Shown: one piece after another, positions 18,460-25,546 of the stretch
Layout of the letters: each line of letters starts with the position of its first letter
Numbering within the stretch: the stretch's first letter is position 1
Source of the DNA: a virus
Taxonomy: Duplodnaviria > Caudoviricetes
Length of the DNA stretch: 25,546 nucleotides
Virus record (IMG/VR): IMGVR_UViG_3300017728_000097
Span: 1-25,546 of that record
Strand: one strand, 5' to 3'
The notes under the pieces: model-generated
Told to the model about the DNA's origin: nothing
What the model saw: the letters and a program-made list of their open reading frames with translations, nothing else
Database searches by the model: none
Position numbers and translations under genes: made by a program

Positions 18460-20047
18460 TAACAGTCTCCGATTGTACTTCAGTTAAACAACCTGTGTCT
18501 AAATCATATCTTAAACTACAAGCTTTTCCAGTCTCACCACTAAATCTATTTTTTAAAACATTAACTTGTGCAATGTTATCTTCAGCTTGCAAGTCTCTGG
18601 ACAAGGCTAATACCATGTCACTTAACTGCGCAATACTTTGACTGCCTCTTAAACTATTCATAGATACTTGTACTCCATCTTCATAACCTTTGTTACCATC
18701 TTTAGTACGTGATAAATGTGAAACAAGTATTAAACCAATACCAGTTTCTTCTACTAGCGTTCTAAGTTTTGATACAAAATAATCTATAAGTTTACGTTCA
18801 TCATTTGTATTAGCATCACCTAATGCAGACAAAGCCATGTGTAAATGGTCTAGTATTACATAGTCTACATTACAGGCTTTAGCCATGTATCTTATTTTAG
18901 AGAGCAAGTTATCTGCAACTGTTGAACCAAAATGATTGTAAAGATAAAAGTTGCCACTGCCCACAGTATTGTTAAACGTCTTAAGTAAGTCTTCTTCACT
19001 GATACCCTCTCTTGTTAAGTGTAATGGTTTTTGTAATTCAACACCCATGATACCAAGTGCACTACGTTTAATACTTTCTTCTAATGCAATGTAACCTACG
19101 GTGTAATTATTTTTTAATAAGTTTAATGCTACGTGTCTACAAAAACTAGATTTACCAACACCACTTCCGGCAGTGATAGTAACAAGCTCACCTTTACGTA
19201 GTCCATGTGTTTTAACATTTAAACATTCAAATGGATATGGAACTGTTACATACTCATCTTCTTTTTGTATTTCATTCCATAATTCTTTTCCAACTACAAT
19301 ACCATCAGGTCTGTATGGTTTACTTGACCATATACAATCTGTTAACTCTCTTACTTTGTTTGCAAGTAACATTTCGTTTGCATCTTTTAATGGCATTGTA
19401 CAAATCTTAGCTTTGTTTGGTGTAAATAATTTTGCACATTCAATAGCAGCTTTCTCTCCGTGTTCGTCTTGGTCAAAACAAAGTACCACACTCTCAAATT
19501 TTTCAAGCCACTCTAATTCTTTTTGTATATCTTTTTTAGCGCCTTGTGCACCTGTCTTAATACTTACTACGGGAAATTTATTTTGATTAGTTCTGGAAAT
19601 TGATAAGGCATCTATCTCGCCTTCTGTAACAATACACATTCGTCCGCCTTCTCTCCATAAATGCTGTCCGAATAGTGTTGCTTTTTTTGCATCACCTAAC
19701 CACTGAAATGTTTTATCAGGGTATCTTAGTTTTTGTGCTACTAATTGTTTGTCTTTATCATAGTAGTTTGCAATCTGACAAGGTCTTCCAAACCATGCGC
19801 CAGTTTGATAATTAAATTTTTGTGCTGTATCAAAGTCAATGTTTCTTTTAGACAAAGCAGATACAGTACCTGTTATAAAATCTTTACATTTTTCTTTTAC
19901 GTTTGTTTGCATTTCTTTTTCTCCTTGTTTGTGTGTGTTACATGAAAAACAATAGGTATGTCCATCATCATATACCGAATTAGCATCTGAAGAACCACAC
20001 TCATCACATGCTGAATGATATAAAAACGTACTGTCAGTATTTTCCAT
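18449..20047 (-). CDS. Primase-helicase (T7 gp4-like)
   Basis: Zn ribbon CDEC...CFSC, TOPRIM EGEIDA and FDQD, Walker A AGSGVGKS, ILDH, LRGS and KNRFSGETG. Confidence 0.97.
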   Translation of the reverse strand: MENTDSTFLYHSACDECGSSDANSVYDDGHTYCFSCNTHKQGEKEMQTNVKEKCKDFITGTVSALSKRNIDFDTAQKFNYQTGAWFGRPCQIANYYDKDKQLVAQKLRYPDKTFQWLGDAKKATLFGQHLWREGGRMCIVTEGEIDALSISRTNQNKFPVVSIKTGAQGAKKDIQKELEWLEKFESVVLCFDQDEHGEKAAIECAKLFTPNKAKICTMPLKDANEMLLANKVRELTDCIWSSKPYRPDGIVVGKELWNEIQKEDEYVTVPYPFECLNVKTHGLRKGELVTITAGSGVGKSSFCRHVALNLLKNNYTVGYIALEESIKRSALGIMGVELQKPLHLTREGISEEDLLKTFNNTVGSGNFYLYNHFGSTVADNLLSKIRYMAKACNVDYVILDHLHMALSALGDANTNDERKLIDYFVSKLRTLVEETGIGLILVSHLSRTKDGNKGYEDGVQVSMNSLRGSQSIAQLSDMVLALSRDLQAEDNIAQVNVLKNRFSGETGKACSLRYDLDTGCLTEVQSETVNDF

Positions 20048-20074
20048 AAAATTTTTTGCCTTAATATTTGGGTT

Positions 20075-20109
20075 AATAAAAACCTACTGGATATTTCTAC
20101 CCAGTAGGC
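20075..20109 (-). terminator. Intrinsic terminator between the amidase and primase-helicase genes
   Basis: GCCUACUGGGUA-GAAA-UAUCCAGUAGGU 12-bp stem with a GNRA loop, followed by UUUUAUU. Confidence 0.8.
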
Positions 20110-20118
20110 ACAAACAAA

Positions 20119-20544
20119 CTATGTCAGCAATTCTTTTACATCAAATTGCGGACACGAGGAGCTAGTCACATCTCTATGACCAACAATCTCAACCTCACCA
20201 TAACTGTCTTTTAAAACATCTACCAGTTTAACTAAACTTTGGTATTGTTTGAAAGTAAAATTACAATCAGGTTGTCCATCAACATTTTGTCCGCCAATTA
20301 GACAAATGCCAATAGAATTTTTATTAGACAAGTTAACATCTGTTTCAATGTGTGCGCCTGCTATCATAATATCACGACCATCCTGAATAGAACCGTCTCT
20401 TTTGATTATTTTATGGAACGCACATGAGAATAAACCCTCTTTTCTATGTTGCTTGTCTAAATCTTTAACATCTAAATTTTGTTTTGGATTTGTATTACTT
20501 GAGTGAACAACAATGTACTTTGTTTCTTTTCTTATGTTACTCAT
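20119..20544 (-). CDS. N-acetylmuramoyl-L-alanine amidase (T7 gp3.5 lysozyme-like)
   Basis: IVVHSS, IKRDG, GAH, NSIGICLIGG, GHRD and CPQFDV. Start set at the ATGA overlap with the endonuclease stop, with a GGAG SD. Confidence 0.9.
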   Translation of the reverse strand: MSNIRKETKYIVVHSSNTNPKQNLDVKDLDKQHRKEGLFSCAFHKIIKRDGSIQDGRDIMIAGAHIETDVNLSNKNSIGICLIGGQNVDGQPDCNFTFKQYQSLVKLVDVLKDSYGEVEIVGHRDVTSSSCPQFDVKELLT

Positions 20545-20954
20545 AACCACTCCGTTGGAACATGTTTGTCTGCGTATTTAAATCCATACTTATCACACCA
20601 CATGCCATATGTTGTTTTTGATTTTTTACTTATTCTTGTTTTAGAATTAGAAAATATAAATCTAATATCTAACTGAGGATGCTGTTCTTTTATAAGACGC
20701 ATTTTCTGACGGTCTTGAGAAGTAAAATAACCTTTAGTCTCAATGTAAATGTCAGACCCAGTTAGATAAAAGTCAGGGGTATAAGTGTGAACTTTTTGCG
20801 GCTTTGTATAGTTAAGTTTAGATTGTTCAAACTCATACTTAACTTTTTTAGTGTCAAGCTCAGAAGCAATTGCTTCTTCTAAGCCTGACCTAAAGCCGTA
20901 TTTTAAACCAACTTGATTAGAAGTCAGCTTCTGCGGTTTCTTCTTGTACCACAT
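20541..20954 (-). CDS. Endonuclease I / Holliday junction resolvase (T7 gp3-like)
   Basis: FRSGLE, YTPDF, IETKG, DIRFIF and TTYGMWCDKYGF. Confidence 0.95.
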   Translation of the reverse strand: MWYKKKPQKLTSNQVGLKYGFRSGLEEAIASELDTKKVKYEFEQSKLNYTKPQKVHTYTPDFYLTGSDIYIETKGYFTSQDRQKMRLIKEQHPQLDIRFIFSNSKTRISKKSKTTYGMWCDKYGFKYADKHVPTEWL

Positions 20955-21531
20955 TGTTCACACTTTCTGTTGCTGTATAGCCACCTTCTACTTTATCAAA
21001 ACCGTAGCCTTCAGCATTGCCGGCACCACCTTCAACTAGCTTAGTTATTTGTACTGCTCTTAATCTCAGACTTACGCCTGCGCCTGCCATTGCAGTGAAC
21101 CAGTGTACTAACTCAGCACTAACTTTCATCTCACTTCCAGACCAAACGTTAGCATCAATTAAAGGTTTACCGGAGCTATCAAACAATGCTACTTTAAATG
21201 GAATGACTTTTCCATCAGCAGATATTATTTGTGCTTTTCTTTTAAACTTGAAAACAGTGTTGCCAGTTGGCTTACCTTCATCATCAAGTTGTTCTTCGTA
21301 CGGAGCGTTTGCTTGCTTTACAGCTTTGCCTTTGTTTTTTTCTTTGGCAATCTCTACGCTCTTTTTAATTTCTTCATCAATCTGTTTAATCAATGAAGAA
21401 GCCTTGTCAGTAGGCACTACAAGATTTACTTTGTAATGTCCGTCTTTGTCAAATTTAGTATCAGGTTTTGTCAACCATGCATACTGAGACACGCCTTCAG
21501 GACTTACAATCTTAACATAATTATTTTTCAT
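20917..21531 (-). CDS. Single-stranded DNA-binding protein (T7 gp2.5-like)
   Basis: YAWLTKPD, GVSLRLRAVQI and an acidic tail ending in Phe (EETAEADF). Confidence 0.93.
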   Translation of the reverse strand: MKNNYVKIVSPEGVSQYAWLTKPDTKFDKDGHYKVNLVVPTDKASSLIKQIDEEIKKSVEIAKEKNKGKAVKQANAPYEEQLDDEGKPTGNTVFKFKRKAQIISADGKVIPFKVALFDSSGKPLIDANVWSGSEMKVSAELVHWFTAMAGAGVSLRLRAVQITKLVEGGAGNAEGYGFDKVEGGYTATESVNNVVQEETAEADF

Positions 21532-21545
21532 ATGTGTTTCTCCAT

Positions 21546-21563
21546 TCTACTATGGGTACTTTA
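21546..21563 (-). promoter_or_regulatory. Candidate phage RNAP promoter for the replication genes
   Basis: TAAAGTACCCATAGTAGA in the RNAP-SSB gap, identical at 16 of 18 positions to 24057-24074. Confidence 0.75.
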
Positions 21564-21566
21564 ATG

Positions 21567-24014
21567 CTACGCAAAAAAGAACTCACTGTCCCGCAGTTGT
21601 TGAATATCTAAATTACCTTTGGCGGGAACTTCAGGTAATTTATCGTGTAGCTCTTCAGGCAATTGTTTAAGAACGTCATTCCTAAAATTATCAAGAATAT
21701 CATTCTCACTAAACATTTTAATAAATGCTTCTCTAATAGATTTATTAAGTGTTTCAACATCACCTGCTGTTGTGCCAAAACTATCATGTACGTTACAGAA
21801 ATTAGTAATGCCATTTTTATAAGCAATATTAACTGTACTCATCATAGCTGCACTGTCCACCGAGTGAACTACGTTAGGTGCTACTCCGTTACCCATTCGT
21901 AGTTTGTCAGTTAAGTCAGTCTCAGTATTTATACGAGGCTTAATAACTTCACCCATCAACATAGCCTTAACTCTTTTAGACTTCATTTCTGGATATGACT
22001 GATACACTGGAAAACCAACCGGCGTTACCCAATGCACTGGTAGTTGTTGTTTCGCAACTGTACGTGCGATTGTTTGTAGATAGTCCATTCCAGTCCTAGC
22101 AGATTTCAGATTATCACCGATACTGTCCCATATGACACTTGCTAAATAACTAGCCGGTCTGAATATCTCATCTTGAAATGGATGGTTCTCTCCCTTGTCT
22201 TTACGTTTTGTTAAATCTTCAATTACAAAGTCAGTGCATGAATATCTAGTTGAACCATAACAGATAGTCATAATACTTCTTTTAGTAGTTGAACGTTTAA
22301 CTCCGTAGTCTAACCACAACTGAGCATACGGTTTGTTTTCAGCTGCATGCTGTTTTAATTTATCATTAACTGCATCTGCAACTAATTGATAAATGTCTTG
22401 CGGTGTAGCACTAGGCAAACAATTAACAAGCTTGCCTGCTTTTTCGTCTCTTAACATTAAAGAATAAATTTGAAGACCGTTACAAGAACCGTCTACATTA
22501 ACAGGAATACTAGAAATAAAACCATATCCTTGTTCTTTAAATCTTTTCCACTCATCACAAAATGCTAAGAATTGAAATGGATTAGATGCATTTTCCCATT
22601 GTCTATGTAACATTGGGTCTGTAGCACAATCAATAATCCAACTCTCATTATCGTTAGTCCATTTTACTCTGTCAGCAAACGATATTTTATCTTCACCGTA
22701 TTGGTTAGCACCGTGTATAGCCAACCAATAATCACCTTTGTTTTCTTTTGTGATTGCTTTACCTTGTGAAAAAGACAACAAAGCTTTGGCACCACCAATA
22801 GATTGATAGTTTAAAAATGCCGGTACTGCATACGCTCTACCTCTAAAATCTAATTGAACTGGAAAATACAACGTTGCATAATCTTTAAACTTTTGTGCAA
22901 GGTGTATAATTTTAGCATACAATAAACGTTTAGAAAACATTCTAGCATTTTCAGTGTGAGCCATAACAGCTCTCTTCTTCCATTCTCTTCTACTGTCAAC
23001 ATTAGTTTCAATGTCATGCGGTTTGTTTGGAATATCAAAGTTAGTACTAGGCGGCATACCACCAACAGCTAACCCTTTGTCCCATGCTTCTTGCATAACT
23101 TTTAAGATAAAATTATTAATCTTAAATGGTGTTGCTTGCATTGTATTAACAGCGTCATACACTTCAGGCATGTCAAAGTTTTCAAGTTCCTTTTTGTATT
23201 TCTTGTTTTTTTGTTTAACAAGCTCAAGTTCAGGAAGCTCTTTAGTCCAATAACCGCCACCTACAACTGACGTCCATAATTTTGGCGGCATGACTGTAGG
23301 TAAGTATTCCGGATTTAACAGTTCATTAAAACTGTTTCTACTTTTAATCCACTCTCTAGTTTTATCAGTCTGTTTGATTATCTTTGCTTTTTTATGTTTA
23401 ACAGTTTCAGTACCTATCTCAATCATACCTGTTGCATAAATCATAAGCTCTACAAGTCTAAGACCTACGTGTAATTTAACAGGTGTTGTCCACTCTTCCC
23501 ATTTCATTACCTCGTCACGTTTAGCACTTTCTCTTAATTTTCTACGCTTGTAAGTATAATTAAAACTACGCTTGTCTAAGTCTTGTTTAACTGTTTGGTA
23601 CAAATCAGGGTTTAGATGTTTAAAGTTTTTAAGACTAATCTCAGTCTCAACTTTACCACCTAAACTTATGCACGTTGCTGTTAAAGGTTTGTATTGTGTG
23701 ATTGTATTTATGATGTGTTTACCAGTGATTAGTGCCAGTATCTCAGGCTCAACTTCACACATCTTTAAGAAGGCAATAGAAGGTTTGCCTATTGTCTTTT
23801 TAGATTGTTCTTGTGTCCATTCAGCAATAGCCATTGCTAAAGGTCTTATCGTGTTTGCTACCATTACTTTTCCATAACTGGTAACACTTTCCTCTTCTCT
23901 CTCAATGTGAGAATGAAGACGCTTATTAGTTCTGTTTGAACCTAAGTTTCTCATCTCTTTTTCGTGCTCTACTTCATCTTTATAAGTAGGCATACTCTCA
24001 ATCAGTCGTGCCAT
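21567..24014 (-). CDS. Single-subunit DNA-directed RNA polymerase (T7 gp1-like)
   Basis: 815 aa with DFRGR, DGSCNGLQ (motif A), RSTTKRSIMTICYG (motif B), PNVVHS.D and VHDSF (motif C). AGGAG SD. Confidence 0.98.
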   Translation of the reverse strand: MARLIESMPTYKDEVEHEKEMRNLGSNRTNKRLHSHIEREEESVTSYGKVMVANTIRPLAMAIAEWTQEQSKKTIGKPSIAFLKMCEVEPEILALITGKHIINTITQYKPLTATCISLGGKVETEISLKNFKHLNPDLYQTVKQDLDKRSFNYTYKRRKLRESAKRDEVMKWEEWTTPVKLHVGLRLVELMIYATGMIEIGTETVKHKKAKIIKQTDKTREWIKSRNSFNELLNPEYLPTVMPPKLWTSVVGGGYWTKELPELELVKQKNKKYKKELENFDMPEVYDAVNTMQATPFKINNFILKVMQEAWDKGLAVGGMPPSTNFDIPNKPHDIETNVDSRREWKKRAVMAHTENARMFSKRLLYAKIIHLAQKFKDYATLYFPVQLDFRGRAYAVPAFLNYQSIGGAKALLSFSQGKAITKENKGDYWLAIHGANQYGEDKISFADRVKWTNDNESWIIDCATDPMLHRQWENASNPFQFLAFCDEWKRFKEQGYGFISSIPVNVDGSCNGLQIYSLMLRDEKAGKLVNCLPSATPQDIYQLVADAVNDKLKQHAAENKPYAQLWLDYGVKRSTTKRSIMTICYGSTRYSCTDFVIEDLTKRKDKGENHPFQDEIFRPASYLASVIWDSIGDNLKSARTGMDYLQTIARTVAKQQLPVHWVTPVGFPVYQSYPEMKSKRVKAMLMGEVIKPRINTETDLTDKLRMGNGVAPNVVHSVDSAAMMSTVNIAYKNGITNFCNVHDSFGTTAGDVETLNKSIREAFIKMFSENDILDNFRNDVLKQLPEELHDKLPEVPAKGNLDIQQLRDSEFFFA

Positions 24015-24056
24015 GTGTCTAACTCCTATAATTATCAGTGGGTTATGTTTATAATA

Positions 24057-24074
24057 TCTACTATGGGAACCTTA
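24057..24074 (-). promoter_or_regulatory. Candidate phage RNAP promoter upstream of the RNAP gene
   Basis: TAAGGTTCCCATAGTAGA, a near-identical copy of the 21546-21563 motif. Confidence 0.7.
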
Positions 24075-24434
24075 GTCAGGCTCCCTAGTAGTAACTTGTA
24101 GCTCATTAGAAATAGCAAACTTTGGCGCTAGTTTAGATGTGAGTATATTCTCTATAAACTGCGCTGCTCTATGTGCTATTTGGTTTGGTGTCATTGCGTC
24201 ATACGCTTCAACAGATTGTGTTTTCTGTAAAAACAATATGATTTTCTTTTTAAGCTCCCAATCTATTTTGATATTTTTGTATTGGTTAAGCTCAGTGTTA
24301 CGCTCAAGTAAATCAGACTTAGCTTTTTTTAAATCAAAAAGCCAATCATTAGCTTTAGTTTTAAATGTAATAAGCTCAGCCTCTAATTTATTATTCTTAT
24401 CAATCAAATGTTGTATTTGTTCTTTATCTGTCAT
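24072..24434 (-). CDS. Early hypothetical protein with an N-terminal coiled coil, 120 aa
   Basis: AGGAG SD, heptad-like Leu pattern, overlaps the upstream ORF. Confidence 0.75.
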   Translation of the reverse strand: MTDKEQIQHLIDKNNKLEAELITFKTKANDWLFDLKKAKSDLLERNTELNQYKNIKIDWELKKKIILFLQKTQSVEAYDAMTPNQIAHRAAQFIENILTSKLAPKFAISNELQVTTREPD

Positions 24435-24606
24435 TGTGCTCCTGTAATGATTTGATTTGTTTATCTGTTAGTTGTGTTGTTTGTTCAAAAGGGTTAATGC
24501 TACGCTCCTTCTTAGGTGTTCGCATTGCATGTATTATACCGGCTATTATTGTACCTAGTATTAATACATGTCCTTCAAATGGTAGTCCTAGTATTAGTTC
24601 AATCAT
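24424..24606 (-). CDS. Early small membrane protein, 60 aa
   Basis: AAGGAG SD. Hydrophobic segment VLILGTIIAGIIHAM followed by basic residues. Confidence 0.75.
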   Translation of the reverse strand: MIELILGLPFEGHVLILGTIIAGIIHAMRTPKKERSINPFEQTTQLTDKQIKSLQEHNDR

Positions 24607-24630
24607 GGTTTAAGCTCCTTTGGTTAGATT

Positions 24631-24715
24631 GTAACAGACTAAAGCCGGATAGTACCGGCTCTAGTTTCGCCACGTGGTATTCACTCACCACGCATAATAG
24701 GCTCATCAGTGTTAC
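24631..24715 (-). ncRNA. Hammerhead ribozyme, type I
   Basis: GUAACA-CUGAUGA-GCC(UAUUAU GCGUGGU GAGUGAAU ACCACGU)GGC-GAAA-CUAGAGCCGG(UACUAU)CCGGCUUUAG-UC/UGUUAC. All core nucleotides and three stems are present. Predicted cut between 24637 and 24636. Confidence 0.93.
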
Positions 24716-24924
24716 TCGTAACTTCTTTGTTTTATAACGACACTAACTTCAATTTCAGTGCCGTCATGTGCTTCGTCAAGCTCAGCAACTAAAGGTATTA
24801 ATTTTTTAAAACGTATACCTTCATCACTGTTAAGACGTACTATTGTATATCCGCCTTCATATTTATCTTTTTTTTCATTCCATTTATCACCTATTACTTG
24901 TACATCATATTTACTTACATGCAT
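24712..24924 (-). CDS. Early hypothetical protein, 70 aa
   Basis: GAGG SD. Its UAA stop forms part of hammerhead stem I. Confidence 0.75.
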   Translation of the reverse strand: MHVSKYDVQVIGDKWNEKKDKYEGGYTIVRLNSDEGIRFKKLIPLVAELDEAHDGTEIEVSVVIKQRSYE

Positions 24925-24925
24925 A

Positions 24926-25231
24926 TTAATTACCTCTTATTGTTTGTTTTAGTTTTTGGAACTTTGCATCAGTCTCAGCTTGTTCAATCTCAGACTTAAA
25001 CTTGCTTAGCTCCGCTCGTTTATCAAGACCCGCAGGCTCATCAATTCTGAGACCTGCACTATTAAACCATTTACCAGTACTGGTTAGATAGTATTTTGAC
25101 TTGACTTTTTTTACCTTGCATGGGTCAACCTTGCCATCAGGTTTTAACAAGTATACTGACTTATTAAAATTCTGATACAACCGGTCAACCCAACGCTCAT
25201 TAATAAAGTTAGATACAACGATATTAGGCAT
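24926..25231 (-). CDS. Early hypothetical protein, 101 aa
   Basis: TAATG-coupled to the upstream 43-aa ORF. Basic, with no recognisable family. Confidence 0.75.
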   Translation of the reverse strand: MPNIVVSNFINERWVDRLYQNFNKSVYLLKPDGKVDPCKVKKVKSKYYLTSTGKWFNSAGLRIDEPAGLDKRAELSKFKSEIEQAETDAKFQKLKQTIRGN

Positions 25232-25362
25232 TAATGACCCGCCTTGCTGTAACCGTTGTTTAACTTCATTCTCACGGCTAATCTTTTATTTCTAAAAGCT
25301 TGCTCGTCAGCTAGCATTTTTTGATGCAAGTAATTGTATATTATTTTATATAGCATATTCAT
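25231..25362 (-). CDS. Early hypothetical microprotein, 43 aa
   Basis: Not in the track. MNMLYKIIYNYLHQKMLADEQAFRNKRLAVRMKLNNGYSKAGH. AGGAG SD and TAATG overlap with the next gene. Confidence 0.75.
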   Translation of the reverse strand: MNMLYKIIYNYLHQKMLADEQAFRNKRLAVRMKLNNGYSKAGH

Positions 25363-25398
25363 ATAGCTACGCTCCTATGTTGATTGTTTGAACTTACT

Positions 25399-25466
25399 GA
25401 GCTCATCAGTCATGGCTTAACCATGAGACAAAGCGCCGGACGTTACAACGGCGCAATGTTTCGCTC
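25399..25466 (-). ncRNA. Hammerhead ribozyme, type II
   Basis: GAGC-GAAA-CA-uu-GCGCCG(UUGUAACGUC)CGGCGC-uu-UG-UC/UCAUGG(UUAAG)CCAUGA-CUGAUGA-GCUC. Complete core and three stems. Predicted cut between 25427 and 25426. Confidence 0.92.
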
Positions 25467-25477
25467 TTTGTTTATTA

Positions 25478-25546
25478 TTAATAACCTAGCCAGTGATAAA
25501 CTTTTATAGCTGAATAGGTTTGTTTTTTACCTAAGTTTTTGTAAAA
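25478..25546 (-). CDS. 3' end of an upstream early ORF (partial)
   Basis: Open from the window edge (...FYKNLGKKQTYSAIKVYHWLGY) and ending in TAA TAA TAA just before the hammerhead. Confidence 0.5.
   Translation of the reverse strand, partial: FYKNLGKKQTYSAIKVYHWLGY

Noticed and set aside
1014-24952. All plus-strand ORFs in the track, plus nested minus-strand ORFs 21608-21826 and 22850-23065
   Set aside because: They are antisense or out-of-frame shadows of well-supported genes, with no recognisable motifs. T7-like genomes are transcribed from one strand.
25276-25315. Possible third hammerhead (GCUAG-CUGACGA-G...GAAA...UUAGC)
   Set aside because: No stem II closing pair before GAAA and no NUH cleavage triplet in position. 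It lies inside the 43-aa ORF.
1-25546. tRNA, CRISPR array, introns or inteins, transposase
   Set aside because: None seen. RNAP, polymerase, helicase and RNR genes are uninterrupted and of compact length.

Overview
This is an AT-rich segment of a T7-like podophage (Autographiviridae) with every real gene on the minus strand. Gene order and content fit a marine HTVC011P/HTVC019P-type pelagiphage, though the host is an inference. Reading in the direction of transcription (right to left), it carries small early ORFs, single-subunit RNA polymerase, SSB, endonuclease I, a gp3.5-like amidase, primase-helicase, DNA polymerase A, exonuclease, DUF3310, class Ia ribonucleotide reductase (nrdA/nrdB), portal, scaffold, three very basic microproteins, major capsid, tail tubular A/B and internal virion proteins gp13-gp16 (gp16 truncated). 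The standout is two complete hammerhead ribozymes in early-region intergenic spaces: a type II at 25399-25466 and a type I at 24631-24715. Both have intact CUGAUGA/GAAA cores and GUC cleavage sites, and together they bracket a 790-nt three-gene cassette. This suggests a self-processing early operon in place of T7-style RNase III cutting. Also found are four candidate phage-RNAP promoters, a structured capsid leader, two terminator-like hairpins and seven ORFs missing from the supplied track.
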